A stretch of DNA of 64,000 nucleotides from Cyanophora paradoxa CCMP329 (GCA_004431415.1 QPMI01000638.1:175728-239727), one strand, 5' to 3'; counted from the first letter of the stretch, positions 1-13,064 are shown. The notes: a model not told the origin generated them from the sequence alone. Numbers and translations: made by a program.

Positions 1-2025
1 AAGTGTTGCCGCAAGGAATGTCCTCAACAGCCTCGACGTAACGCCCCATCATGATAACGGTGCGCTGGATGTTCTTCACGAAGAGGTCATCCTGTTGATA
101 GGGTGAGACGCACTACAACCATTTTGCTTGAGCTGCACAAACCTTCTTGCCGGGAACGTAGTTGGGGCCCATGATGCGGGCCTTCATGCCGGTGCGAATG
201 GTTCCCGAGAAGACACGGCCGAAGGCGTAGAAGCGACCACGGTCGGAGGTCGGCACCATCTTCGAGACGTACATCATCAGGGGGCCCTTCGGGTCGCAGT
301 TGCGCATGCCAACCGCGCACTGAAATCGCGAGTGAGATTCTGTCAAAAAAGAAGGGGAAAGGAAGCATGTTACCTCGTCGTCAAGGGGACCCTCGTAAAG
401 AGTGTCCACACGGTACTTCTGGGCAATGACGGGCGACGGAAGGTGGAGCACAATCATATCCAGGAGCGACTCGGCGACCGGGAGGAACTTGGTCATGACC
501 GCCTTCATCAGGGCACGGCCTATCCATCTCGATGAGTCGAGATAGACACGAAAGCAGGAAAAAGCACGAACCAGTCAGGTCCTTCTCCTCCGTGGCGAGC
601 TTGATGTTCAGGGCCTTGAACATCTTCTCCATCTTCTCCTTGTCGACGTTCTGGACAGCCTGCAGCAGCTGGGCAAGCGGCTCCCAGATGAACTGGACGA
701 AAGCGCGCTTGAGGGGCTTGCCCTGCCGACCGCGCGAATGAGATTAGCAACGCTTCACGCTTCGGATCCAGGACGAAGCGCACGGCGGACGACTGGTTAT
801 TAGAAGTCCACTTCTTGCCCTCGGCATCAAAGTAGGAGTCACCCCAGAGGCGCTCGCACATCTTCTTCTCGTCGACGCCGAACTTCGCCGCGTACATCTT
901 GGCGAAGCGGTCGAGGGTGAAGCCCCACTGGTGGTAGCCCGAGCCGAAGCAGACGGTGCCCTGTCACACGCAACCTTCAACGACCTGGTAGGGCCCTCGG
1001 GAGGTCAAGCCAGTGCACCTTCTCCGGGTTGATCTGAATGTCGCCGATCGCGGCATCCATGTATGTTGCGATAATGACGTTGACGTTCTCGATGGTCTTC
1101 TTGAAGTTCTGCAAGGAAGACCGACCCATGAGCGGCACGATCGCGCAAGCGATCGTGTCGCAAGTCGAACCTGGAACGCCTCCTCGCCGTCCTGCTGAAG
1201 CTCGAGGAACGCACGGTCCACCTTGTTGACCATGAGCACCGGCTTCACACGCTCACCGAGCGCCTGGCGGAGCACAGTCTCGGTCTGGACGCACACGCCC
1301 TCGACGCAGTCGACGACGACGAGAGCGCCGTCCGTCACACGCAGAGCGGCCGTCACTTCAGAGCTGAAGTCGACGTGCCCGGGGGAGTCGATGAGGTTGA
1401 TCAGGAAAGAGTTGCGCTGGCCCTCCTTCAGGTGGGTGCGCTCGCGGTCGACCTCGTAGTAAAGCGACACGCCGGTGGACTTGATGGTAATACCGCGCTC
1501 CTGCTCATCAGCGCGCGAGTCCGTGAAGCGCATGTCGCCGGCCTTGGCCGACGCGATAATGCCGGCCTTGCACACGAGCGAGTCCTGCGAGCCGCAGAGT
1601 CACGGCGACGCGCTAGCGCTGACAAGCGCTGCTCGGACTTGCCGTGAGGGTCGACTTGCCGTGGTCGACGCTGCGAGCCCGCGCGTCAGGAGGATCGCGG
1701 TCATCGGGATCATGGGGGCGGCGAGGCGACGCACTGCGCGATCACCGACATGCATCGGATGTTGTCGCGGAAATCCATGATCTCACGGATCTCTGCGGGG
1801 GCGTCAGAATGGGGACGCCGGGGACGGCGCGAGGAACTCACGATCGACTGCGAGGACGAACGCCGAGGGGGAGGAAGACATTCGCCAGTATCAGTCCATG
1901 CATAGGCTTCGCAAGCGCGGGCGAAGCGGGCGGGAGGGCACCTGAGAAGTTCACCTGCGAATCGCGCGGGGGCGGTCAGCGTGGATCCGGCGAGGGGCGC
2001 GCGCGTGCCCAGCGAGACGCACCAT
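1..2025 (-). CDS. EEF2: Eukaryotic translation elongation factor 2 (5' part; continues beyond the window start)
   Basis: Spliced reading M|VNFS|VD|[20 protein letters not shown]|VDHGKSTLT|[11 protein letters not shown]...[12 protein letters not shown]...[28 protein letters not shown], later [15 protein letters not shown] at 2025; many ~50-nt introns and micro-exons. Confidence 0.98.
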
Positions 2026-2189
2026 CTTGACGGATCCTCCTTCTCACACGCTCACAAGGGAAGCCCGAAGATGGGCTGGGGGGCCAACTAGGGCCGATCG
2101 AGTGGTCCGGTTGTTAGAACCGGAGAACAGGGGGTCGGGCACTGACGATCGCAGATCGCAGTACCCCGGGCCGGGGATCAGCTGAGTCA

Positions 2190-3297
2190 GCTGGCAGCCG
2201 CGGCTGCAGCAGCTCCTAAGGCAGCCGGTCGTAGTTCCTCTCCCGAGTTCTGGGAGGCGAGGAAGGCGGAGTGGGAGGCGGAGTGGGAGGCGGGGCGGGA
2301 GGAGCGGAAGCGAGCAGCCAAGGCCGCAGCCGAGGCCGCAGCCGAGCTCGCAGCCGAGGCCGCAGCCGAGGCCGCAGCCGAGGCCGCAGCCGAGGCCGCA
2401 GCCGAGGCCGCAGCCGAGACCGCAGCCGAGGCCGCAGCCAAGGCCGCAGCCAAGGCCGCCGAGGCCGCAGCCAGGGCCGCAGCCAAGGCCGCCGCCGAGT
2501 TCACGGAGTCCAAGGCCAGAGCCAAGGCCAGAGCTGAGGCCGCAGCCAGGGCCGCAGCCGAGACCCCAGCCGAGGCCGCAGCCAAGGCCGCAGCAAAAGA
2601 CTTCATGCGGGAGATGTGCCGTGGGAGACCCGTCCCCCCCGGAAGTGATCTTGCGCTCAGCCGTAGACACATGTTGTCGTAGACGGGAAAAAAATGAACA
2701 TCGTCCATCGACTACATCAAGCTCGGGCGCGCGACGCCCCGCCACCGCAAGGAAGCGCTCGCCGCGCTCCTTCCGCGGGGGGATCGCCTCTTGCCTGCGC
2801 CCGGCCTCCCCGCTCGCACGCCCCCGCCGGCGCCCGACCGCAAGGCGCCGGACGAGCTCGTTGTTCGCCATGTTCTGTTTCGACTCTGATTCGACTTGCA
2901 CAGGTCAACAATTGGATTGTGGCGGAGGACGCACGCGAGGCAAAGCGGGAGCTCGAGGAGCGTGCAGCGGGAGGCGAAGCAGCAGGAGCGGGAGGCGAAG
3001 GAGCGGGAGCGGGAGGCGACGCAGCAGGAGCGGGAAGCCAAGAAGCGGAAGCGGGAGGCGGAGCGGGAGGCGAAGGAACAGGAGCGGGAGGCGAAGCAGC
3101 AGGGGCGGGAGGCGAAGCAGCAGCGGGAGGCGGGAGGCGGGAGGCGAACCCAGAGCTTGATGAGATTTTTGACCTTCCTTCATAATCGATCTCGCCCTCG
3201 ATACTCTGTTGCCAAACTTGCTGGGCTGGCGACTTCAGCTACCGCTTATTCTAGCCTAGTAGCTCAGCAACTCACGCGCTCAGGCGGCTATAGCTAA
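2190..3297 (+). pseudogene. Low-complexity helical/coiled-coil ORF remnant (AAEA and QQEREAK repeats), frame-disrupted
   Basis: + frames read PEFWEARKAEWEAEW...(AAEA)n, then VNNWIVAEDAREAKRELEER shifting to (QQEREAK)n. No clear ATG; stop and frameshift present. Confidence 0.35.
2313..2595 (+). repeat. 12-bp tandem repeat (GCAGCCGAGGCC)n, reading AAEA
   Basis: About 20 imperfect copies visible directly. Confidence 0.9.
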
Positions 3298-4460
3298 AGC
3301 TTGGGTCATCGGGTCGGACTTCGATTTGGAGGGGCCCAACTTTGATTTAATTTGGACTTGCTGAGGTTTTAACGGCGACTTTGAATTCTTGCGACTTCAA
3401 TATTTTGGGCCATGGGGTCGCCGAGTCGGACTAGTTCGCGAGGGGCGGAGGCTAACTCCATGTCGGGCCCCTGCCAGGCCGCCACTGCAGCCGAAGCGGC
3501 CACTAGACACGATGCTGCACCCGCCATGCGGGCACCTGCATGTCTCAACTTGGCAAGGAGGCGCATCACTCCCCTTAAGCTTAGGCCTTGGGCCAGCCCG
3601 TGGCCAGTTTGCAATTGCAATGTTACTTGCTGGTTGGCTGGCCCCACGCGTATACGTACGTGCACGCGTACGGGCGGCAAGCGCTATATATAGCTAGCGC
3701 TGCTGCAGTGTATACTTAAGCTTAAGCTTACATCCCACACTTGTATACGTATACGTACGTAAACGTTAACATGTATACTCTTGCTTGATTGCAATTGCAG
3801 AAGCTCTAACCAACATGTACAGCAGCTTCGTACCCCAGCGGCCACTAGCCATGGCCATGGGCCATGCCCCAAATTGTGGCATGGGCACCTGTTTACGTAT
3901 ATTACGTACACGTATACAAAGCTATATATAGCTATATAGATAGCTAGCTGTACGGTAGTGTCTGCCAGGCTGCCGCAATGTGCATCATGGCATTACTCTC
4001 TTAAGGCCGTGGGGCTAGGGGGCCACCGGGCCACGCAGGCCTAGGGCCCAGCCCGGGGCCAGCACTGGCCAGCTTGCAATTGCTGCCAGGCTGATTGGCT
4101 GGCCGGCGCCTGTGGCTGCTCAGCGGCTCTTGCCGCAGGGTACATCCCTCACTTTTAAGCCGGGGCTTGCGTTTCAAGAACACTCTAAATGCTGGTGTAA
4201 ATGAATGCGAACTTCGGAACACTGCAGCAGTTCAAAGTGGGGCCCCAAAATCAAGCTCGTGGCAGCCTGGCAGAGAAAGACCTTTGGACCAATCACGAGT
4301 TCCCCAAGGCTACCCCGACGTCGACTTGGCGAATAATAAGCTGAGCATCCCATTCAATGATTCCAGCTTGCCTTGTGCCACCCTGCCACACCCTATCTCC
4401 CTCTCACACGTGCACGCCTGTGGGAGCGGGGGAGGCTGTATTCCCGTTTCTCTTTCTTAG

Positions 4461-4751
4461 TGGCCCGGCCCTTCATGGCGGCGAACGGCCGCAGCCCAGG
4501 GGAGCCCTCGCCGAGTCGGGCAAGGCCCGCTCGTGGCCCTTCGTGGCGGCGAACGGGCGAGCCTTCAGCTCCCGCAGTGCAGGCAAGGCCCGCTCGCTTG
4601 GCCTGGTAAAGCAATAGAAGACTTCGATTTCGACCCCTCGCTTTCAACTTCCGAGTTGCCTATGAGAGCCCATGGATTGCTCAGCGAACACTGCTAGTCC
4701 GAACAGCTACTGGTCTAGTCCAGATATCGCGTGTGTCGTATCTGAAATGCA
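4461..4751 (+). repeat. Dispersed repeat family A, copy 1 (ends ...gtcgtatctgaaatGCA)
   Basis: Near-identical to 9768-10098, 27471-27696 and 29973-30173. Confidence 0.9.
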
Positions 4752-4893
4752 ATCCGCCACAGTGCTAGCTATCCATGATCAAAAAACATTGAACCCTACA
4801 CCACCCCAGAAACCAAACAAATTCGCTTTTCAAGCTTGATTAAATATAAGTATTCTCTCACAGGGCGACTCTCACAGTACTGTAATTCAACTC

Positions 4894-6532
4894 TCATCGC
4901 CTGTATCGATCGCGAGAACGGGAGCGTGAGCGTGATCGCGCTCGACGATCCCTGTAGCGATCTGCGAAAAAATAGCAAGACACAATAAGCAGCAACATAA
5001 CGTGTTTATGTACGTAGAACACATACCTCTCCTATCCCGGTCATAGTCTCTTGATGGCGACCTCGACCGGCGCCTGTAACGATCATCATAGCGCGGACTG
5101 CGATCTCGGTCCCTTCGGGGCGACCTGCGGTCTCTGTGGCAAGTCAAGACCACGTTCCGCATGTGCCCGCGCAAGTTCAGATGCAACGTACCGATCCATT
5201 CCACGTTGAGGCAGCCGCGTGCCCATGTACACGCCCGGGGTTGGGGAGTGAGCTTTTTTGGTGACCTGTGACGTCAACGTTAGATGTGCAGTTTCAGGCG
5301 GGCAGCAAATTGGGCTAGATTTACCGAAAAGTCGACACGAATCGGCCTCCCATCAACTTCCTGCACATCAGGTTGGCTAAATTGACACTTGTTGCGCGGG
5401 AACAAGAGCACCTTGCCGTGGAGTTTTTCCTTTGCCTTAGCGGCATCCTCAACTGATTTGAAATACACGAAGCAAAACCCCTTCATCTTGTTCGTCTGCA
5501 GAAGCCGACATCATCTATCAGAGTCGGAAAACATAGGAACTAGGTCTGGCTATTTAAGAGTCGAGTTTGCTAGCCCAGAAAGCATCTAAAATAGCAGAAT
5601 ATCGTCCCGCGGCACAGCAAAGCGCGATGCATCGTGCCGACGCCCTGCTGTTTAAAGCGAGACAAAAATCTCGCATCGCATGTAAACTACATGTGGGCAT
5701 CGAAGCGGCCCAGTGTAGGGGTAGCGATGCGTTTGACGCAGTGTTTTGCCTTACTAGACGCAGGGGGCATTCATTAAAGGCGAGGGGATTTCTCGATCGA
5801 ACCTGGCGGTCATATATAAAGTGAATCGAATCGAACCCGTCGCAGGCCTCGCACATTCCGCGGACCAGCCCTTCATCTGTGGAAGGGGGAAGACCAAACA
5901 TCCCGAGGCATCGGTCTGGTTGCGGGGCCTCCCGCTGCGCAGGGATGCCCCCGCTTTGTTACCATTCGCGAACAAAACGCGGGCGAAAGGGAAATTTCGA
6001 CGGGGAAGTGCGATTATGCGTTTCCGCTCCGTGCAAAGAGGCAAGGGCACAAGCCGCCCGTGACTCGTTCGAAGAGCGTTCAATATGGCATCCGTGTAAT
6101 GCAGTGGAGGCAGAGAATGCCCCCGCCGATTCGAAAGATACGGATGCGCTGGCGCATCCCAGAGAAAGCACAAAAGCTCTCACCGCGAATCGACTAGGAG
6201 CGGCTGGCCGAAGAGGCGAGCGCCTGCAAATCGATGAGCTCGGGGAAGTAGAACGGTTTTGGACGTCGCTGCAAGCACACCGAGGGGATTTCGAACGACT
6301 TCGGCTCCGACGAATCCTCTTCGGGGACGGAGAGCGATCACGATCCCGCTCCCGCTTTCGGGTGGGCGACGCGTCGTGCCTGCGCGAACGTCGGCGCGGA
6401 AGGAGAATAACGCGAGGTGATCGAACCTGGACGACGCAGTCGCGTGCACGGGAGAGCGATCTCGGGACTGCGATGAATGACAATGAGATTCGAGATTTAG
6501 GTGGCGAGACACCCATCGCGCACGTCGCTCAT
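4894..6532 (-). CDS. TRA2: Transformer-2-like SR protein (RS-RRM-RS)
   Basis: N- and C-terminal RS tracts; RRM with KGFCFVYF and EVDGRPIRVDFS, followed by the TRA2 linker TKKAHSPTPGVYMG. Confidence 0.9.
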
Positions 6533-6789
6533 CGACAACCACGGCTCGGAAATGCTCAGGCTATCCGCAAGGGCAAAGCTGGATTGTGGTCTGGAACTTT
6601 TCTCGCCCTGCTGTCCCCTCGCAAGGCTGGATTGGGGTTTCAAGCTTTTCTCAATTATGTATTGTACCCCGCAAAATTTTGTAATGTACCCCTCTTCGTT
6701 GCCTGTACGTACCCCTGGACTCAAATGGGAAGTCCGACCCCAAGACTCGAGCCCGCGACGGCCCGGGCCGGCGCGGCGGAGCTTATAAT

Positions 6790-7145
6790 TCAATGATTAG
6801 GTCGGACGTCCTTGACTACGATTACCGTAGTACGATTAGCTAGGGGGTTGGGCGCCGGCGACCGAGCTCGAGCTTAGGTCGGATTTCGACGTCCAACACG
6901 TATGGTCCTTGTAGTGCAATTGATTATGATTACGATTCAATGATTAGGTATAGGGGGCTGGCCATGGGCGAACGTCCTTGATTACGAGTACGATAAGCTT
7001 TAAGGGGGTTGGGTGACGGAGCTTAGGTCAGACGTCTTTGATTACGATTACGATTAGGGGGTTGGGCGACTGAGCTTCGCAGAGTCGGTCGGACGTCCTT
7101 GATTACGTATACGATTACGATTAGCTAGCGCTATATAGGGGGTTA
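6790..7145 (+). repeat. Repeat module family E (ggacgtccttgattacgattag...ggggttgggcg), tandem degenerate units
   Basis: Similar gattacgat / ggacgtcctt units at 12218-12550, 25125-25270, 25885-25965, 34598-34640 and 51527-51610. Confidence 0.8.
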
Positions 7146-7430
7146 CGAGACGCGATGCCACACCCGCAGTGCACGCGGGTATACGTACATATAGTTTTAG
7201 CTAGCTAGAGTGTCCACGGCCGCGGGGAGGTGCATCACTCCCCTTTAGCTGAGCTATAGAGGGCCACGCGCGCAGGGCCCCGCACCGGCGCCAGCCTGGC
7301 AGGCCTGGTCGGCCAGTTGAAATTCGCTGGTGGGCTGGGCCCGCGGCCACAGCGGCCGCAGTGTACATTCCCACACGTGCACTTGTAGCCCGGACTTGTG
7401 GTTTGAATTCGTGTCCAAATGCTGTATGTA
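7145..7430 (+). repeat. Dispersed repeat family C (gacgcgatgc...gtgtacattcccacacttgtagcccggacttgtggtttgaattc)
   Basis: Matches 13065-13260; reverse copy at 25290-25390; degenerate copies at 3505-4200, 29165-29197 and 51483-51502. Confidence 0.85.
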
Positions 7431-8026
7431 CCCAGAACCCAAATCGAAGTCCGACCCCAAAGCTCGAGCCCAATTCATGCAAGTCCAAATCACCCCATGA
7501 TCAGCTGCAGGAGTGATCTGTCTCGAGCCCAAGCTGAAGTCCAAATCAAATTCCCAAAGATGCAGCTGGCCGCTAACGTACACAACGGCCGCTCTCTGCG
7601 ATTTCGATCTGCCATAAGACTTCGATCTGGATCTCGGAGGTATTGATATCGATCTGACCCGGCGACTGCCCACAGTTCCGCGACCCTCACAGATCGCGAC
7701 GGCCACAGTTCCAGCGCCACCCCTTTCACTGAGTCAGACGCAGTGTAATGCAGCTCCACCTTTTGCGCCCCGTGCGGGAACGGGAACGTTTCAACTGAAC
7801 GGAGTTTGCGTCACGCCCCGCCATTGTTAACTTCTTCCGCCAATGAAATTAGCCCAGCGCAAACTGAGCTCGAACTTGGCTCGTACACAGTGGCGTACAC
7901 ACCGGCCACAACGTCACAGTAACGGTCAGCAGGCCGGCTTGCTAGTCAGCTTCCTCGGCTAGGCCGACTAGCTAGCTTCCCGCCATCGCGCACGCCCGAG
8001 CGCGAGCATTCCTGCACGCCGCGTGC

Positions 8027-9389
8027 ATGAAGCAGTCAAAGCGAAGAACCAGCCTCTGGATGACGGCTTCGACGAGGCCGACGTCGGCACGCTGGCACGC
8101 AAGCGACCCGACAGCAGCAGCTCGTGGCCGCAAGGGCAACATGAAGCGTGTCAACAAGATCACTCAGCAGGCGCGCAAGCGAAGAGCCCAAGCTCCTGAC
8201 CTCGACATCTCAAGGCGAGCACCCCGCGGCAACGGTCCGCTGCCTGGACACCAGCGGCCGCGCCTACCACGTTCGCCTTGGCGACTTCGTCATCTGTTCA
8301 GTTAGCTCAGACACCCAGCTGTGTCCAGAACTCAGCGTCGTTCGCCCGAAGCCCTTCCATTTCCCGCGCCCAGGTGAAACGATTTTGGCGCGAGTCGAGG
8401 CGAGTTCCCAACACAGACGAAGGCGAAGCGCGGCGACTTCAACTACTCCGTCAACGGCGTCATCCTTCGGCGCTTCGTGCGCCCGGAGGACTCCGATGTG
8501 AAGGACTGCGGGCTCGGCAGCGTGATCATCAAGGCAGACGGGAGCAGGCAGCCGTGGCCATCGCAAACCACCTCATCTACTACTCGAACGTGACGGTCCG
8601 CCCGCCGCGCCCGCGCCCCGTTCCAGCGTCCGATGCCCGTGCGCGCAGGTTCACGCACCCGCGAAGGTGGTGGCCGCGGACGAGTACAAAGCCCTCAACC
8701 ACGCCGATCCCCACATCTACGTCTGTAAGCAAATCATGACGTTCCCGGGCGACGGCTCCTTCCAGTTCGACGTCGCCCTCGCCTTCAACGCGAGCTCAAG
8801 CGAGTGGCGAAGAAGAAGATGGCGTGCTTCCTCCGCCGCTGTCGAGGCCGGAGGAGCGCGTGGAGGCGATTGGCTACCTTCAGGACGCCGCCGCGAACGC
8901 CCTCAAGCGCCGGAAGACCGGGACGCAGCTTGTCAACGTCAAGATCCCGGTGGCCGGGCCGGCAATGTTGGTCTGCGGCTCTTATGACTCGTTCGAAGTT
9001 CTTTTTCCTATCCTCTAACGGTGCGCATCGCAGGAGAACATCGTGGCGCAGGTCGCGCACGTCGCCACGCCATCGACCCGAAGACGGGCCAGCCGATCCC
9101 GGTTGACAAGCTGCCGGCGGCGAATCGCTTCGTTATCGAGCTTCCGGACCGCGAGACCGCTGCTGGTGGAAGCCGCTTCCTTTTTCCCGCTCGCTGTTCT
9201 TTTTCCGACCTCTTTGCAGCTGTTCTCGGTCCTCCGGCGTGGCGCAAGCGTCCAAGCGCGTCCAAAGCTGCGTCGCCAAAGTCGTCTGGATTCACGTCCT
9301 CGCCGAGGTCGTCCTGGCTGCCGCAGGTGCTGCCGCCAATCTGGCCGTGCGCGGCCTGCCATCGCTGGCGCCGCCCAGCCACGCTCTAA
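8027..9389 (+). pseudogene. Frameshifted gene with a BAH-like domain
   Basis: Pieces VRLGDFVIC...ETILARVE / VILRRFVRPEDSDV / NHLIYYSN / VVAADEYKALNHADPHIYVCKQ resemble BAH motifs but lie in different frames, with no intron to restore them. Confidence 0.5.
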
Positions 9390-9767
9390 TGGAACCGAAC
9401 GCTGAGCCGACCTTGGCAGACAGCACAGAGAGCGGCATCTCGATCGCGAACGCTAAGCTATAAGCGCTTTTGCTTTTCCGCGCAAGTCCGTGGCTGGCCG
9501 CAATCTAGCTGCAGCTGGCCGTGCTTGGAAGGGGGGAGATGGCTTGGGGGGATATAGAATTTGGTCTAGCCAGCTCGAACTCGAACTCAGCCGGCTGATA
9601 GCCGCCGTGACACGGCCGTGTTCAAAATTCAATTCCATCCATTGTTAAAGCTCGCGAACTAGCGGGATGTCCAAAAGTCGCGCCGTTTTCGGCCGTCGAG
9701 GTCCGTCCGGGGCCGTCTGCGACATGCGAAACAGCTCCTTACGGAAGCTGTATTCCTTTCCTTTAGC

Positions 9768-10098
9768 GGCCCTCAGTGGCGGCTAACGGGCAAGCCCTCC
9801 GGCAAGGCCCGCATGCCTAGTCCAGTAGAGCAACAGAAAGGCTTAGATTTCGATTTCGACCCCTCGGTTTCGACTTCGATCTTGACGTCGAGTTGCCTAT
9901 TCGAGAGAGCCCGTGATCGCTGTGTGTGCATGTGTGTGTGTTCGATTTCGACCCCTCGGTTTGGACTTCGATCTTGACGTCGAGTTGCCTATCCGATGAT
10001 CTGAGAGAGCCCGTGGATCGCACAGCGAACACTGCTAGTCCGAACATGTACAGCTACTGGTCTAGTCCAGATATCGTGTGTGTCGTATCTTAAATGCA
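9768..10098 (+). repeat. Dispersed repeat family A, copy 2 (with internal duplication)
   Basis: Sequence identity to the other A copies. Confidence 0.9.
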
Positions 10099-10108
10099 CA
10101 CCGTGTCT

Positions 10109-11878
10109 TTATACACAGAGCAGCTGATCGAGAATGACATGAAGCGGAACTCCAGGGAAGGACACAGATTTGCCTCCATGAGTCTGCACATTCACCGGCG
10201 TCTTCTCTGACTGAAATTCCTTGGGTAGCTGCAAGAGAAATGGCAGGTCCGGTACTGTTGTTTCACAATCACTCCTTGCAGACAGATCTCCTGTTATGGA
10301 AGATCACATAAAGGGCGCGAACGGCACAGCACATTGATCAAAAAACAATCACCACTTTGTGGACTGCCAGGCAGAATTGCATCGATGTGCGCAATCAGAT
10401 CTTTATATGCCCCCAGAAGCGCCCCAGCAGACACATTCGCAAGTGATCCAGTCTCCTCTAAGCTTCGACTGGGGTTCTGCATTTGATGTGCAATGTGCCT
10501 GATTGTAACAGTGAGTGTACAGCAATCCCAAGAAAAAAACGCGCTCACACTACTGCCACGGATGTGACCATGGCACGATGAGAGCCACACAACTTCTTGG
10601 TGAAAACTTGTTCGGCTATATGAAGTGCAAGATTCTGGGTGTCCCTGTCCATTTGCAGCAGGTCACATGTTCGCTGCACAAGCGAAGCAAGGCTTGATGA
10701 CGACGTTGAAGGAACCGACTGGCTCCACAGTGTCAATGTTCTAAAGCACGGTGAGTCATGGTGTCACATCAATGCAGATTGGAAGTACCGGATGTGCTGA
10801 GCAATTTCTCGTTGAGCGATCCCAGACGCAAGCTGGATCTCTTGCATTCTGTTAGGTACTGTGCACACAATGCAGGCGGCTGCCAATGCCGGGATGTTCT
10901 TGTTGGCAAGAGACTTGTGTTTGGCAAAAGCACAGAACCTGCAGCCCGATATTGGGACGTCCTCTCTGCAAGGCGAGCCCAGAAAAGTTTTGCACTTACT
11001 GTTTGAAGGCTTCCTCAGCGACATTGGAGTCCAAGCCAACTTCGTCTCGAATGTCTTGGATCTGGACATACCCGTGAAGTATGCTGCAAAGATCAAACTA
11101 ACCGAATGCTCAGTTTAAACATGGCTTCAGCACAGAGGAGTGTGACATACTTCAGTGGACTTCATCTCGTTATGCCTTGCAGGCTGCTTGGAATGCAGCT
11201 GGCCGAAAGGCCGCATGGATTGCTCTTGCTTGATTGCAGGAGCTCCAAGCGAACCAAAAGCATCATCTTCGGAAAAAAACAGTCCAAGAAGACGCTCTAA
11301 ATCGGCCAGCTCTCCTGGGACAGTTCTAAGGCGAGTTCGTCTGGTCAGAAATTAATTCGTCAATGTCAAAGAATGCTTTCTGACCTCGACGTGGAGACAA
11401 ATGCACTGTCATTGTGAACACGCATTTGAGAGAATGCAGTGATGAACCCTTTTGAGAAGAATGGGTCATCCGGTATCTGTCAAAAAAATTTCGGAGTCGT
11501 CACAAGCGCCAAATCGAGCAGCACGTGCAGCTCACCTCCCCCTCGTCAAATTGAAAGAGATCTGAGAGATCGGTCGTGACGAGGCAGAGAGGTGAGTCGT
11601 GTTGCGACGTGACTTGCGTTGTCCTCAGATCGATGTAACGTTCCTCAAGGACCTGTTGACATTGCGCACACGAGATCGTGCTGGCGCCGCGGCTGGAAAA
11701 CCCGGAAGTCAGATGGGTGCCGTGTGTACTCGCAGCAAGATCAGATCGTAGGAAGTTAAAGAGCTTCGAAGAAGACGCGTATGTATACGAGCGCCCTCGT
11801 GGTCCAGTAAGACTCGAAGCGCGCTCACCTGAGGGATTCTGAAGAGCAAGCCGGACAAACGCGAGTGGATCCTTTCAT
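10109..11878 (-). CDS. PBRP1: Plant-type TFIIB-related protein (pBrp-like)
   Basis: Zn ribbon CPAC...CAQCQQVLEER, then pBrp-type motifs HDSPLCLVTTDL and DPFFSKGFITAFS, then cyclin-fold repeats (ALAAACIVC; AEQVFTKKLC). 3' end approximate. Confidence 0.8.
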
Positions 11879-11953
11879 GTCACGGTGGCGGTCGCGTGTC
11901 GCGAGCTCCCGGGCGGGTCGCGGTCTCGCGCGCGGCGGCGGTGGCCCGCGCTG

Positions 11954-12091
11954 CGCGGGTGGCGCCGGCGCTTCCGGCTAGCTTTGATTGCGAATGTAAG
12001 CAAGGTATCCTAGAATGGTCTCCGCGGGTGGCGCCGGCGCTTCCGGCTAGCTTTGATTGCGAATGTGAGCAAGGTATACTAGAATGGTCTC
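11954..12091 (+). repeat. 69-bp direct tandem duplication upstream of PBRP1
   Basis: cgcgggtggcgccggcgcttccggctagctttgattgcgaatg...tagaatggtctc occurs twice with 2 mismatches. Confidence 0.9.
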
Positions 12092-13064
12092 CGATTCGGA
12101 GCGCCCGTCTTAGCTCCCGTCACGGTTGGTGTCGTGCAGCGGAAAACGGGGCGTGCGAGCTTCGCAGATGCCGCTTAGATCCCGCGGGAAAGCGTCCGGA
12201 ATGGGTACAGGTACGCGACGTCTTAGCTTGATCTGCGCGGTTAACGTTAGGGCGTCCTTGATCTTCTGCGATTACGATCATAATAAGGACGTCTTAGCTT
12301 TGATCTGCGATTGCGATTACGATTAGGACGTCCTTGATCTGCGATTACGATCACGGGTTGGACGAAACTTGAAAGTTGGACGAAAGTCGGACGAAACTAC
12401 AATATACAATTGGAAGAAAGTTGGACGAAAGTTGGACGAAAATTGGACGCCTTTGTTTTAGAGATCTGCGATTACGTATACGATTACGAAGCTAATTATA
12501 TAAGGTTGGACGTCTTTGATTGCGCATGCGATTACGATTATTAGAGGTTGAACGGAAAGCTCCCCGAGGTTTTGCGATTTGCCCGAGGTAAGCAGCCAAG
12601 TAATAATTTTACTGAACGCCGTGTGACGCTCAGCGGCTGGCTACCGGTGCCCCGCCCCCCCGGCCGCACGGTGGGTGCGGCATCACCAGTGATATTACTG
12701 TGATTGGCCATGGAGTCATTATTCCAAGCCGCACTCTTCCAAGCTTTCGTCGATGGCCGAAGCCAATTTGCTGGTCGCCGCCTGCATCACCGCCTTCCCT
12801 GCATCAAGCGCGGCTGCCAGCTGCAGGGAGGACCACATGTGGACGAAAAAGACGAAAGTTGGACGAATTAAGTATCAATCGGTCGAAGTAGTAAAGTGTT
12901 CCGCTGAACGCTGAAGGCAACTTGTGACACATACCCCCCCCCCCCCCCCCCCTCCCGGGCCCTCCCCCCCCCCCCCCCCCCCCCCTCCCGGGCCCTCCCC
13001 CTTGAAGCCTGAAAAAGCCATTCCAAGCCTGACCCGCCACCACCCGGACACGGCCCCCGCCGCC

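Noticed and set aside
2044-2901. Minus-strand (GLGC)n and poly-Ala ORFs
   Set aside because: Alternative frames of the 12-bp tandem repeat
4526-4565. HDV-ribozyme-like words in family A (gcc-cttcgt-ggc, ggcgaac)
   Set aside because: No P1 or P1.1 pairing could be built
6790-7145. Repeat-spacer appearance resembling a CRISPR array
   Set aside because: Degenerate irregular units in a eukaryotic context, with no cas genes
12933-13002. C-runs (and G-runs at 37877-37918) with Pro/Gly ORFs
   Set aside because: Homopolymer tracts; the ORFs are compositional artefacts and G-quadruplex function is unsupported
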